A stretch of DNA of 64,000 nucleotides from Candidatus Poribacteria bacterium (GTDB taxonomy: Bacteria > Poribacteria > WGA-4E > WGA-3G). Under the pieces are notes generated by a model that was not told where the DNA came from, made no database searches, and saw only the letters and a list, made by a program, of their open reading frames with translations. The translations under genes were made by a program, and so were the position numbers. Position 1 is the stretch's first letter, and each line of letters begins with the position of its first letter. Below are positions 29,639-39,879 of this stretch, in pieces. The stretch is taken from assembly GCA_965242965.1 (NCBI GenBank), contig OZ251518.1, positions 3,488,001-3,552,000 of the forward strand, given 5' to 3'.

Positions 29639-30457
29639 CTAGGCCGATTTGACAAATCCGATGAGCGTCTGCACCAGCCATTCTGTATCTGGGAATTCCT
29701 CAAACGTCTTATGCAGCATCGCGAATTCAAGTTCCGCGAGGTAGCGTGCCTCTTCCTGCGCGTTTATCTCCTGTCTCCATTGCTTGAGAGCCGTGCGTTT
29801 ACCCCCTGTTTCAATGTCGTGCATGCAAGCCGCAATAAGGTGGCTGTGCGTCTCCGCGGCTTTCATGAATTCCGAAGGATTTCCATTGAAATTTGCGCGT
29901 ACGTCATCGTCAAGATGGCACCATTCTGTCATCCCTGCAAGCGCGAAAATCTGAAGTTCCTGGCGGTTCCGGTGAAGTGCATGTTGCCACGGTGCCAGTT
30001 CGTTGCGGAGATGCTGGATGTCATCACGCGTTTTTACGGTGATGTTGAGATTTCCGTTAGTCCTCTCAATACCCTTACGGCCCGGATGGTGCCGGAAGAG
30101 TGTCAATTTGAGCCCGGTGATGGTAGTCGCGAGTAGCACGTCTGGGTAAAGACGATGCGCGGGAACGATGTGCGCTTCGACATGTCTGCGGAGGGATTTT
30201 TCAATGTGCGCGAGCATTGCTAGCGTGTCGCCTTCATAGTCCCACTCCTCAAGTTCATCGATGGCAGCGGGTTCAACGCCGAGGAGTTTGGCAAATTCCG
30301 ATTGCGTCAGCCCAGTGGAGGTGCGTAAATTGTAGATATGTTCGGCAATCTTTAATTTAATCTCTTCACTAAGCGGCCCTTCTATTTTGGGGTGTCGCCC
30401 TAAATAAAACTGAGATATGGACGCAACCCCAGATGTGATTCTGCTTTGTTCACTCAT
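29639..30457 (-). CDS. XRE-family helix-turn-helix protein with uncharacterised C-terminal domain
   Basis: IYNLRTSTGLTQSEFAKLLGV HTH; RBS AGGAG before ATG 30457. Confidence 0.7.
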   Translation of the reverse strand: MSEQSRITSGVASISQFYLGRHPKIEGPLSEEIKLKIAEHIYNLRTSTGLTQSEFAKLLGVEPAAIDELEEWDYEGDTLAMLAHIEKSLRRHVEAHIVPAHRLYPDVLLATTITGLKLTLFRHHPGRKGIERTNGNLNITVKTRDDIQHLRNELAPWQHALHRNRQELQIFALAGMTEWCHLDDDVRANFNGNPSEFMKAAETHSHLIAACMHDIETGGKRTALKQWRQEINAQEEARYLAELEFAMLHKTFEEFPDTEWLVQTLIGFVKSA

Positions 30458-30582
30458 TGGTGCTCTCCTGTGTGTGAGTGCCCGGGTCTTGCTCAAAATT
30501 GCGTTTGTTGCGGAGCGCGCGTTGGATTTCATTTTCGGGTGCGGCGGCACTCTTTTTGATGATGCCATGATCTCCATACATC

Positions 30583-30970
30583 CCGGTAGGAGAGACCTCC
30601 CGGTCTCGATGCCGCGGTGGGCTTATTTTCTCGTGCAGGCGTGCCTTATCTTGACCTGTTCGGGTGCAGGCGCACCCGAACTATAGGGCTTGGGTGCGCG
30701 CCGCCTGTAGTTCAGGAGCGCCTGCTCCTGAATTGGTTGTGCTAGGCGATTGCAAACGACAGCGGGTGTCTCAATGTTTTCCCGATACGAAAAATCGAGA
30801 CCGGGAGGTCTCTCCTACGGGGACATCGCTTGCATCGAGATCAGGAGGTCTCTCCTACAAGGACATCGCTTGCTCGGTATTCACCCCCAATCGGGATAAA
30901 TACCGAAACGGATTTATGAAACACCCTCATTTTAGTCCCCGGTAGGCGCGCTTTGCAAGCGAGCCTACCG
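30583..30970. repeat. REP cluster with MITE right end (30914-30928) and REP-E hairpin
   Basis: GTAGGAGAGACC..., GTAGTTCAGGAGC..., TTATGAAACACCCTC, GTAGGCGCGCTTTGCAAGCGAGCCTAC. Confidence 0.85.
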
Positions 30971-31007
30971 GGCCGGGGGAGGTTTTCAAGGATACGCGGA
31001 TTGGAGG

Positions 31008-31466
31008 CTAGAGAATCTCGACAACAGCTCCTAGAACTTCCAAGCGTTCCTTTATTTCCGCAGCGGCTTCGCGACTGATTCCCTCTTGGATAATGACAGG
31101 GGCAGATTCAACCTTTTCCTTTGCTTCCTTCAGGGATAATCCGGTAATGTCACTAACGACGACAATCACGTCCGCCTTTTGATGGGATTTGCCTAAACTT
31201 TCTAGGGTAACCCCATATCCTTCGCGAGAGATCTCCTCTCTTTGGACGGTAGGACCTGTCGTTTCTCCTACGATAGGATCCCTCCTTTCTTCAGCATCCT
31301 TTTTTTCACTCGGGTGCTGCTGAAGTTTGTCCAAGCTTTGCGCAATTCTCCGAAGATCTTCCGCGATGCTCTTCAGATGCACCCGCATCCCATAGAGGCT
31401 GCTGACGATGAGGATAACGATAATGATATGGATAAGGACGGCGATGAGATAGACTACTTCAACCAT
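31008..31466 (-). CDS. Membrane-anchored protein with ribosomal L7/L12 C-terminal-like domain
   Basis: N-terminal TM helix; K..VI..V..ITGLSLKEAKEKVESAP.II.EGIS.E.A..IK..LE..GA.VEI. Confidence 0.8.
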   Translation of the reverse strand: MVEVVYLIAVLIHIIIVILIVSSLYGMRVHLKSIAEDLRRIAQSLDKLQQHPSEKKDAEERRDPIVGETTGPTVQREEISREGYGVTLESLGKSHQKADVIVVVSDITGLSLKEAKEKVESAPVIIQEGISREAAAEIKERLEVLGAVVEIL

Positions 31467-31674
31467 TGCAATTTGCCTCCTTTCGTTGGGCTGCGAAACC
31501 GAGGGCGGCCCGAATACCTTCCTCAGTTAAGCGCGGATGCGCCTCAAGCAGCTGCTCGAACGTTTCGCCGGCTGATAACTTCTCCAAAATTAATTCAACC
31601 GTAAGTCGCGTGCCGGCGATAACCGGCTTCCCCATCATGATTGAGGGGTTGGATTGTATCAATTGAGTTGTCAT
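31459..31674 (-). CDS. DUF433 family protein (orphan)
   Basis: SNPSIMMGKPVIAGTRLTVELILE...HPRLTEEGIRAAL. Confidence 0.85.
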   Translation of the reverse strand: MTTQLIQSNPSIMMGKPVIAGTRLTVELILEKLSAGETFEQLLEAHPRLTEEGIRAALGFAAQRKEANCNG

Positions 31675-31712
31675 GTTCAGACCTCGGGTTTTTGATTTGG
31701 TGTTGTGAGGTG

Positions 31713-32519
31713 CTACCACCGCACCTGACAAAACTCTTCATAATCAATAAGTTTGTCAATCGTCGGATTTGCGCCGCACATCGGACAATTCTCATCGTGA
31801 CGGAGTTTCAATCGCTTGAAATCCATCGTCAGCGCGTTGAAAAGCAGCAGACTGCCGATGAGCGGTTCACCGATGTTGAGCAGCACCTTAATCGCTTCAA
31901 CGGCTTGAATCGTGCCGATGATGCCGGGCAACACGCCGAAAACCCCTGCCTCTTGGCAGCTCGGCACCATCCCCGGCGGCGGGGGTTCCGGATAAAGGCA
32001 CCGATAGCACGGCCCTTTGCCCGGATAAAAGACAGTTACCTGTCCCTCAAATTGGAAGATGCTCCCGTGCACGATAGGTTTACCTAACATCACGGAGGCA
32101 TCGTTGAGGAGATATCGCGTCGGCAAGTTATCGCAGCCGTCCACAATCAACTCGTATTGCTCCAAAATGCGGAAGGCATTTTCAGAGGTGATGCGTTCGT
32201 TATGCGGAATCACCTTGACATCAGGGTTCATCTCGGTAATAGTAGCTGCGGCAGACTGCGTTTTCGGGATGCCGATATCGCTGGTGCCGTGCAAAATCTG
32301 CCGTTGCAAATTGCTCCTATCTACGACATCGTCATCAATGATACCCAGCGTGCCGACACCTGCCGCCGCCAGATACACACCCACCGGTGAGCCGAGTCCA
32401 CCTGCACCGATGAGAAGCACTTTTGATTCAAGCAGGCGCGTCTGCCCCATCCCGCCTACTTCTTTGAGGATGATATGCCGACTATACCGCTCAATCTGTT
32501 CGTTGCTGAAGTTAAACAT
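31713..32519 (-). CDS. moeB: MoeB/ThiF family adenylyltransferase
   Basis: RYSRHIIL, GAGGLGS, SNLQRQILH, PCYRCLY, CPMCG. Confidence 0.9.
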   Translation of the reverse strand: MFNFSNEQIERYSRHIILKEVGGMGQTRLLESKVLLIGAGGLGSPVGVYLAAAGVGTLGIIDDDVVDRSNLQRQILHGTSDIGIPKTQSAAATITEMNPDVKVIPHNERITSENAFRILEQYELIVDGCDNLPTRYLLNDASVMLGKPIVHGSIFQFEGQVTVFYPGKGPCYRCLYPEPPPPGMVPSCQEAGVFGVLPGIIGTIQAVEAIKVLLNIGEPLIGSLLLFNALTMDFKRLKLRHDENCPMCGANPTIDKLIDYEEFCQVRW

Positions 32520-32558
32520 TTTTTGTTGTTCCTATCGGATGAGTCAATCGGTTAAATT

Positions 32559-32855
32559 GAGGGTGTTTCATAACTCGCCCAACGTCGCGAGGACAGTCAC
32601 CGGTGCTGCGGTAAAAAAACGCCGCTCCTTCACGTAGGGCGTGGGCCCTCGCATGCCACACGCGCATGCGAGCGGGTTTCCCTCGCCATGCGTTTGGCTG
32701 TCAGACCGCATCCCCTCTGTAGGTCAGGATCGCCTGATCCTGACTCGTTTGTGATCAGGCGATCACAAACTACAGAGGTGGGCCCAATGCCTGCCGGTAT
32801 TCGCCCTCCCTCCAAGGGCGGAATAAATACCGAAACGGTGTTATGAAACACCCTC
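32559..32855. mobile_element. Complete MITE with perfect 15-bp terminal inverted repeats carrying REP hairpins
   Basis: GAGGGTGTTTCATAA (32559) ... TTATGAAACACCCTC (32855); flanked by 17-bp direct repeats with 2 mismatches. Confidence 0.8.
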
Positions 32856-32857
32856 AG

Positions 32858-33436
32858 TTAACCGGTTAAATTGGCGCGGAGCTCCGAAAGCGGTTTATCG
32901 GAATTCGCGGAAATCCGAAGAGCGAACCGTTCGCGCGCGTCCTCCGAAGTCCGTTTCACCGTAAAAGCATCGTTGCCATACATCTGCTGCAGCACGGGAG
33001 TGAGAACTGCCTGGAGGGTATCCGCTGTCGCCTGCGTATTCGGCGCGAGATTGCGGTTGTTCACCATAAATAGGAGATTCGCGCCGCTGAAATGCACGGC
33101 ATCTTCCAATTCGGCGGACGCTTCCAACTGTTCGCATTTGGACAGTACTTCCGCAAGTGCCTGGCGAATCTTTTCGGCGTTGTCGCCTTTGACGGCGTGC
33201 TTCCGGTTGTAGAGGAAGCCCGGCTGATGCCACGCGTTGTCAATGCTGTAGTTAGCGCGCTTGGAAATCAGCAGCACGCCCGGTCCCGCGTCGACATGCG
33301 AATAATCGGCGTAGTTGAGATAGTCATCTTGCTCACCTTCGTCCATCCAGCGGTTGAAAACCTTGATGAAGTCGGTGTAGTTGATACGGCTGTCTTCGGT
33401 GGTAAACACCTTGATATTAATCTGTTGTAAATCCAT
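32858..33436 (-). CDS. Conserved hypothetical protein
   Basis: 192-aa ORF with typical codon use; motif ADYSHV..GPGVLLI; function not assignable by eye. Confidence 0.7.
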   Translation of the reverse strand: MDLQQINIKVFTTEDSRINYTDFIKVFNRWMDEGEQDDYLNYADYSHVDAGPGVLLISKRANYSIDNAWHQPGFLYNRKHAVKGDNAEKIRQALAEVLSKCEQLEASAELEDAVHFSGANLLFMVNNRNLAPNTQATADTLQAVLTPVLQQMYGNDAFTVKRTSEDARERFALRISANSDKPLSELRANLTG

Positions 33437-33444
33437 TTTTTGTC

Positions 33445-33700
33445 TTTCGCAATGCGGTTTTTGTTGTTCGCAATGCGTTCGGCTACGTCTTTTGTTGTCT
33501 GACGTTTCCTTACGTTAGAGGGCTCTCCTACTGGGAGGAGTCGAGACCGGGAGGTCCCTCCTACCAAGGCAGGAGTCGAGACCGGGAGGTCTCTCCTACC
33601 CAGAGGGTATTGAGATTCTGTCATCGACTATTGACGTTGTCGATGGTTGTCGATGCCTCGTTTTCTGGTGCTAATTGCTACCAGTCGTGAAAGTGTGAAA
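33445..33700. repeat. Degenerate family-G remnant interrupted by REP-C copies
   Basis: TTGTTGTTCGCAATGCGTTCGG, TCGAGACCGGGAGGTCTCTCCTAC, TTGACGTTGTCGAT, CTGGTGCTAATT. Confidence 0.6.
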
Positions 33701-33765
33701 AAACTCGTTAGGCGCGGCGTTGCAAACGCGCGTGTTCCTCGTGAAAATAGGCTCGGTTGATTCCT

Positions 33766-34011
33766 TTAGGCTATCCCCAGTTCGCTCACGTTTTGCCCAT
33801 CAACGCTGACAACGGTGACTTCCGCTGAGGGTAGCCAGAAAATCTGCCCATTGTTGTCACAGATACAAACCATTGCGTATTCGCCTGCGTCTACGTTGGC
33901 GAGAAAATTGCCCAAAAAAGCGTTCGGTGCCGCCGACTTATAGGCACCAAAACCGGTGCCGAGCAAACAGTAACGTTTGCCGGTTCGCACGTATTCCACG
34001 ATTGTTGCCAT
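33766..34011 (-). CDS. Small conserved hypothetical protein
   Basis: 81 aa; MATIV...Y.LLGTGFGAYKS pattern; purine-rich leader before ATG. Confidence 0.65.
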   Translation of the reverse strand: MATIVEYVRTGKRYCLLGTGFGAYKSAAPNAFLGNFLANVDAGEYAMVCICDNNGQIFWLPSAEVTVVSVDGQNVSELGIA

Positions 34012-34226
34012 CTGTTCTTCCTTCGTAGGCGCGCTTTGTCATCGCGCTTCCCAAATGGGCGTTTTAGGAATTCGCGTCCAGTTTGGACGTTATTAGTTTA
34101 ACACAAACCGTAATCTCGTGCAAGCGATTTTCATTCTCGCTAGAAAACCGCCGTCCCTCTGTCGCGCGAGTGCCTGTCTTTCGCAATCCTGTCTTTCGCA
34201 ATCCTGCCTGGCGCAATCTCGTTCCG

Positions 34227-35243
34227 TTACTGAACCTCCTCATTCGCGCGCTTCACCAACGCATTCATGTAGGCGATGGTATACGCGGTGCCAACGCGAG
34301 AATCGCCAGCCATGCTCGGAATGTGGTCTGGAATCATCACGCCGTTGAAGTTCACCTCTCGAAGAACCTTCGCAACCTGATACATATCCTGATAGCCGTT
34401 GTCGACGAACGTCTCCACGAAGTGCGGGAGCGGCTGATCTACGTTGCGGAAATGCACCTTGAAAATCTTGCCGCGTTCGCCGAAGTATCGGATAGATTCA
34501 ATGACATCTTTGCCCATCAATTCGCCGCCTTCGAGCCAGCAGCCGACGCAGAAGCACATCCCGACGTTCGGGCTATCCGCAATCTCAAGCGCGCGTTTGT
34601 AGCCCTCGAAACTGCTGAAAATGCATCGCGGAATGCCGGCGAGATGCACTGCCGGCGGATCATCGGGATGGATGCCTATCATCACGCCTGCCTCCTCGGC
34701 GACAGGCGCGGCTTCCTTGATGAAGTGCGCGTAGTTATCCCACAACTCCGCCTCGCTGAATTCGCGTCCGTGCGAAAGCGGCATCGGGTAGGTATTACCA
34801 CCCCAGTGTCCCTCTTGCGCGGTTTCCAGATTGAACGCCCGCGCGCTTGCACCGCCACGCGTCGTCTCGCGCGCAGTGCTCCAAATGCCGTTGCCCATGT
34901 GCGCATACGTCGTGTAGGGAATCCCGGCTTTGCCCAAGTCGCGAATATACCGCTTATACTGCTCAAGTTTGGCATCGCGATTCGCTAGGTTCAACACGAT
35001 GCTGTCCTGATTATGGACATCGCTGTTGCCGAATCCATAAATTTTCAGACCGGCGTTCTCGAAAATCTCGCGGCGGCTCATGAAATAGTCGTAATTTGCA
35101 TTCGCGCCGTTCGTCCACAGCACCACGTAATCAACATCCATCTGCTTAGCAAATTGCAAGTCTTCCGGGGTTGGCTCCGGCGACATCTGCGCCGTGACTT
35201 TGATGCCGGGTTCAATGTTTTGTAACGGGTTTTGTGTTGCCAT
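34227..35243 (-). CDS. uxuA: Mannonate dehydratase (UxuA) family protein
   Basis: PVAEEAGV.IGIHPDDPP, DSPNVGMCFCVG, IFKVHFRNV, F.ETFVDNG, MIPDHIP. Actual substrate uncertain. Confidence 0.75.
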   Translation of the reverse strand: MATQNPLQNIEPGIKVTAQMSPEPTPEDLQFAKQMDVDYVVLWTNGANANYDYFMSRREIFENAGLKIYGFGNSDVHNQDSIVLNLANRDAKLEQYKRYIRDLGKAGIPYTTYAHMGNGIWSTARETTRGGASARAFNLETAQEGHWGGNTYPMPLSHGREFSEAELWDNYAHFIKEAAPVAEEAGVMIGIHPDDPPAVHLAGIPRCIFSSFEGYKRALEIADSPNVGMCFCVGCWLEGGELMGKDVIESIRYFGERGKIFKVHFRNVDQPLPHFVETFVDNGYQDMYQVAKVLREVNFNGVMIPDHIPSMAGDSRVGTAYTIAYMNALVKRANEEVQ

Positions 35244-35285
35244 TTTACGGTTCCTCCGTGAGCGGTGGTTTGTCATACTGGAAGT

Positions 35286-35740
35286 GAGGGTGTTTCATAA
35301 ATCCCCGTAGGAGAGACCTCCCGGTCTCGATGCAATAGAGCGGCGAGCCTACCGGGGCGGCGGCAGAAAGCCCCTTCATCGTAGGGCGAGGGCCTGTCCC
35401 TCGCCATCGTCGGCGCAATCCAACGCTCGCGGGGGACAGGCCCCCGCACTACAAAAAACGTCTCTTAGGTCCGTAGGACCTTAATGTCTATAGCATGCGC
35501 GAACGCGAAGAATCCTAAGGTCCTTTAGGTCCTTAATAGTTTTTGACATGCGGCGCGTTTTTTATTAAGGACCTAAAGGACCTTGAAAACGTAACGACAC
35601 GTGTATCTATAGACATGTAGGTCCTAAAGGACCTAAAACGTCCCCTCTTGACGCTGGCCAACGCGGGGCCTGTCCCCCGCGCTACGGGAACATCGAGACC
35701 AGGAGGTCTCTCCTACGGGGAGCCCTCGCCTTACGGGCAC
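35286..35740. repeat. MITE left end plus REP cluster and AGGACCTAA element
   Basis: GAGGGTGTTTCATAA at 35286; nested inverted element at about 35465-35640. Confidence 0.85.
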
Positions 35741-35746
35741 AGGCAT

Positions 35747-37144
35747 TTATTCCTCATCCTTTGCCTCTGCCTTCAGCCGATACAGTTCTGCTGTGAGTTC
35801 GGTGACGATGTCGGCATATCTCGGGTCAGCGTAGACGTTGCGCATTTCGCTCGGGTCCTTCTCCAGATCGAAGAGTTCCCATTCCGGCTGTTTCGATTCA
35901 TCAACGGAGCCTGTCGTGCCGAGTGCTTCGCCGTAGTAATAGATGAGTTTATACCGATGCGTGCGGATGCCGTAGTGCGCGCCGACATAGTGGTGCGAGA
36001 GGTGCATCCAATAGCGGTAATACATGGCGGTTCGCCAGTCGTCCGGAGACTCGCCGTTAAGTAACGGACGAAGGCTGCGTCCCTGCATATCGTCAGGAAT
36101 TGGGAGCCCGGCGTAATCGAGCCATGTCTCGGCGAAGTCAATGTTCAACGCCATTGCATCGCAAGAACTCCCCGGCTGAATTTCGCGCGGGTATCGGACG
36201 ATGAAGGGCATCCGCAACGATTCTTCATACATGAACCGTTTGTCATACCACCCGTGGTCCCCCAAGAAAAAGCCCTGGTCGGACGTGTAGATGACTATCG
36301 TGTCATCGGCGATACCGTCGGCATCGAGATAGTCAAGCATCCTGCCGACGTTGTCATCAATTGAGGCGACGCAGCGGAGATATTCCTTCATATAACGTTG
36401 ATATTGCCACTTCGCCAGTTCTTCCTCTGACAACCCATCCGGCGGCGGACCGAGTGTGTCAAATTTCAGGTCGCGGGCGTTCATATCGCGTGCCACCCGC
36501 ATTTTCGCCTCCTTCGCGGCGTTTGAGCGATTGGCGTAATCGTCAAAGAAGGTGTCAGGAAGCGGCACATCCTCGTTTTCAAACAGATGCGCGTGCTTCT
36601 CATCTGAATCCCACGGACGATGCGGTGCCTTGTGATGACACATCAGGAAAAAAGGGCTTTCCCTGTCCCGATGCTGCAGCCATTCCAATGAGAAATCGGT
36701 GATGATATCCGTGGCGTAACCTTTATGCCTTTTCTCGCCGTCTGAATCCAGCATCACCGGATCGTGATAGAGTCCCTGTCCGGGCAAAACGTTCCAATAG
36801 TCGAATCCAGTTGGATCTGCGTTACCGCCGTGTCCGAGGTGCCATTTGCCTACCATTGCCGTTTGATAACCGGCTGCCTGTAGCATCTTCGCGACGTTCG
36901 GTTTTCTGCCATCAAGTTTGTCTGCCAGCGTTTTGACCCCGTTGAGGTGGCTATGTTTCCCTGTCAAGATGTTTGCGCGGCTCGGCGTGCAGATAGAGTT
37001 GACACAGAAGCAGTTACGGAGGAGCATGCCGCCATCGGCGATGCGATCCAGTTGCGGGGTTTGGTTGATGCGACTTCCGTAGCAACTCATCGCGTGAGCC
37101 GCATGGTCATCGGACATGATAAATAGGATGTTCGGAGTGCTCAA
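35747..37144 (-). CDS. Sulfatase (Cys-type, family S1)
   Basis: PNILFIMSDDH, CTPSR, GKWHLG, YTSDQG, YDKRFMYEESLRMP. Confidence 0.93.
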   Translation of the reverse strand: MSTPNILFIMSDDHAAHAMSCYGSRINQTPQLDRIADGGMLLRNCFCVNSICTPSRANILTGKHSHLNGVKTLADKLDGRKPNVAKMLQAAGYQTAMVGKWHLGHGGNADPTGFDYWNVLPGQGLYHDPVMLDSDGEKRHKGYATDIITDFSLEWLQHRDRESPFFLMCHHKAPHRPWDSDEKHAHLFENEDVPLPDTFFDDYANRSNAAKEAKMRVARDMNARDLKFDTLGPPPDGLSEEELAKWQYQRYMKEYLRCVASIDDNVGRMLDYLDADGIADDTIVIYTSDQGFFLGDHGWYDKRFMYEESLRMPFIVRYPREIQPGSSCDAMALNIDFAETWLDYAGLPIPDDMQGRSLRPLLNGESPDDWRTAMYYRYWMHLSHHYVGAHYGIRTHRYKLIYYYGEALGTTGSVDESKQPEWELFDLEKDPSEMRNVYADPRYADIVTELTAELYRLKAEAKDEE

Positions 37145-37159
37145 TATAATCTCCTTTTC

Positions 37160-38376
37160 CGGTAGGAGAGACCTCCCGGTCTCGATGCTCTTTAGTAGGA
37201 GAACCCTCCCGTTCTCGTTTTCCGGTAGGAGAGACCTCCCGGTCTCGATGCGTGACTCTGCCTTTTCATGATTAACAGCCCTATTAGTGAATAGACGGCC
37301 AATTTATAGTAAGTTTATCAGAAAGTGTCAGAATTGTCAAATTCGTTCAACAATTTCCAAAAAACTTTAGGATGCATCAGCGTAACGAGCACCAAAAATC
37401 CCGCGAGAGCTCTGATAGAAAATTTATCCGCTGGGGCACGTTTCCGCACATGTAGAAATTGAGTATACCATAAAATCGTTGGAATGGCAAATCTTTTTTC
37501 TTCACCAGAGCGATTCAGTTCTTCCCAGTAGGTGCGCCTTCCCAATCTTGATTTCTGGTAGGAGAGACCTCCTGGTCTCGATTACCGTAGGGCGTGGGCC
37601 TGTGCCTCGCCGGGGTATCGCGCGCGGAGCGATCGCGGGGGACAGGCCCCGCGCTACGGTAACAGGTCATCTTCTTCACAAAACGTCCCCTCATCGTAGG
37701 GCGAGGGCCTGTCCCTCGCCATGCTTCGATCTACCGAATGATCGCGTGGGCCTGTCCCCCGCGCTACGGTAGGCGGATTATCTTCTTCACAAAACGCCCC
37801 CCTTCACCGTAGGGCGTGGGCCTGTCCCTCGCCGGGGTATCGCGCGCGGAGCGATCGCGGGGGACAGGCCCCCGCGCTACGGTGAAAAAAATGCCTCCTC
37901 TTCACGTAGGGCGTGGGCCTGTCCCTCGCCATGCTCCGATCTACTGAATGATCGCGGGGGACAGGCCCCCGCGCTACGGTAACGGGCTATCTTCTTCACA
38001 AAACGCCCTCATCATCGTAGGGCGAGGGCCTGTCCCTCGCCATGTCTCGGGTTACCGAATGATCGCGTGGGCCTGTCCCCCGCGCTACGGTGAAAAAAAT
38101 GCCTCCTCTTTACGTAGGGCGAGGGACAGGCCCTCGCCGCTGGATCCTGACTCGTTCGGGATCAGGCAATCCCGAACTACAGAGTTAGAGTGCGCGCCGC
38201 CTAGTTCAGGAGTGTGCATCGAGACCAGGAGGTCTCTCCTACTGGGGGAGTCGAGACCGGGAGGTCTCGCCTACGCGTCGGGGTAGGAGGGACATCCTTG
38301 TCCCGATACGAAAAATCGAGACCGGGAGGTTTCTCCTACGGTGGTGCATCGAGACCAGGAGGTCTCTCCTACCGGA
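37160..38376. repeat. Large REP/BIME cluster (37160-37250 and 37556-38376) around an AT-rich promoter region
   Basis: Many REP-A/B inverted pairs with repeated spacers, plus REP-C, REP-D and GTAGGAGGGACATCCTTGTCCCGAT. Confidence 0.88.
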
Positions 38377-38377
38377 T

Positions 38378-39799
38378 TCAGGATTGAGTAGCTGTCCGCA
38401 AGATAGTCCGATCTGCAGTCCAATTATCCCGATACCATGTGCATGTCTCAAACGTATCGTTGAGTGCCGCCATGCGTGCTTTCAACATCTCGCGGAGAGC
38501 ATCTCGGAGAGATGTCGATGTAGGTTCACTAATGAGATTGTGCATTTGGAACGGATCTGCGACGTTATCAAAGAGTTTCTCGCTGCCATCGGCGCGGTGA
38601 ACGGCGTAGGTATGCTGCTTCGTCCGCAATGCGCGCCACTCATACCCATCCTCCCACTTCGCCGTGCAGCCCATGCCTTGCATAAACGCGGCATCCGGTT
38701 CATCGGTTTGGGCACGGTTTCCTTGCGCCGCGGGCCCTAAATCTGTTCCTTCTACCTCATCAGGAATCGGCAGATGCATGAGTGAGAGGAGCGTCGGCAT
38801 GATGTCAGGCGTATTCAGGCAGGCATCCGAGACATGTCCTGCGGGAATATGCCCCGGCCATCGGATGAGGAATGGGATGCGCACTGCTTCTTCATAAAAA
38901 ATGTTTTTCGCGCGGCGGCCCTGCGCACCGAACATCTCACCGTGGTCGGACGTGAAAACGAAGAGGGTGTTATCGCGCAGTCCAAGTTCATCGATTGCGC
39001 ACAGCAACCTGCCGAGTTGCCTATCCAAATTCGTCGTCATAGCGTAATAGACGCGCATCCATTCGGGTAATTTGCGACGTTCTGTGGGGAACATCTGGGC
39101 CCACGTGTCGCCGAGTGGGTCATTTTCGGCGCGGTAGTTGGGCGGCAGCGGGAAGTTGACATCTCGGAATAGTTCATAATCGGCGGCAGGGACGTTGTCT
39201 TGTGTCCACGGGTCATGCGGTGTGCCGATGGAGAGGAAGAGCGCGAACGGCTTCTCATGCGATGCTTCTCGCAATGCCGCGATTGCCATATCGGTTTGCC
39301 CCTCCGGTTCATAGCCGGGGAGCGGAATCTTCTCAGGCGAGTTTCTGTGGTAATACGCGTCAAAATAGCGGTGATGGAAATTGTAAGCCGCCCAGTCTCC
39401 ATCAAAACCGAGCCGATGCGGGCCTGGCGGGATGTAGGAATTCCTCGGGTCATCGTGATTTCCGAGTTGATTTGCCCACAAGTGCCATTTGCCGATATAG
39501 TGCGTCTGGTAGCCATTTCGATGCAAGACGTGCCCGAGGCAGTCATGGTTTGGGTTCATCCGGAGTTCGTTAATCGCCATGCCGGTACTGCTGGCATATT
39601 TCCCCGTGAAAAGTGAGGCGCGGTAGGGCGCGCACATCGGGCTTCCGGAGACAGCGTTGCAGAAGTTCACGCCTTCTGTGGAGAGTCTATCCATATTCGG
39701 CGTGCGCGCTTTTGCATCGCCGGCATAGCCGCACGATTGATACCGGAGCTGATCGGCGAAGACATAAACGAGGTTCGGTTGGGTTTGTGAGGTTGACAT
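38378..39799 (-). CDS. Sulfatase (Cys-type, family S1)
   Basis: PNLVYVFADQLR, CAPYR, GKWHL, FTSDHGEM. Confidence 0.93.
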   Translation of the reverse strand: MSTSQTQPNLVYVFADQLRYQSCGYAGDAKARTPNMDRLSTEGVNFCNAVSGSPMCAPYRASLFTGKYASSTGMAINELRMNPNHDCLGHVLHRNGYQTHYIGKWHLWANQLGNHDDPRNSYIPPGPHRLGFDGDWAAYNFHHRYFDAYYHRNSPEKIPLPGYEPEGQTDMAIAALREASHEKPFALFLSIGTPHDPWTQDNVPAADYELFRDVNFPLPPNYRAENDPLGDTWAQMFPTERRKLPEWMRVYYAMTTNLDRQLGRLLCAIDELGLRDNTLFVFTSDHGEMFGAQGRRAKNIFYEEAVRIPFLIRWPGHIPAGHVSDACLNTPDIMPTLLSLMHLPIPDEVEGTDLGPAAQGNRAQTDEPDAAFMQGMGCTAKWEDGYEWRALRTKQHTYAVHRADGSEKLFDNVADPFQMHNLISEPTSTSLRDALREMLKARMAALNDTFETCTWYRDNWTADRTILRTATQS

Positions 39800-39879
39800 A
39801 TTGGTGCCTCGTCATCCAGAAAATCTTGTTCTATTTTAGCATGAAAAGTCAAAAACGTGCGGATAAAAAAAGGAGGTGT

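Noticed and set aside
31008-31466. Calling this gene rplL
   Set aside because: It has a TM helix instead of the L12 dimerisation domain and is not in an rplJ-rpoB context.
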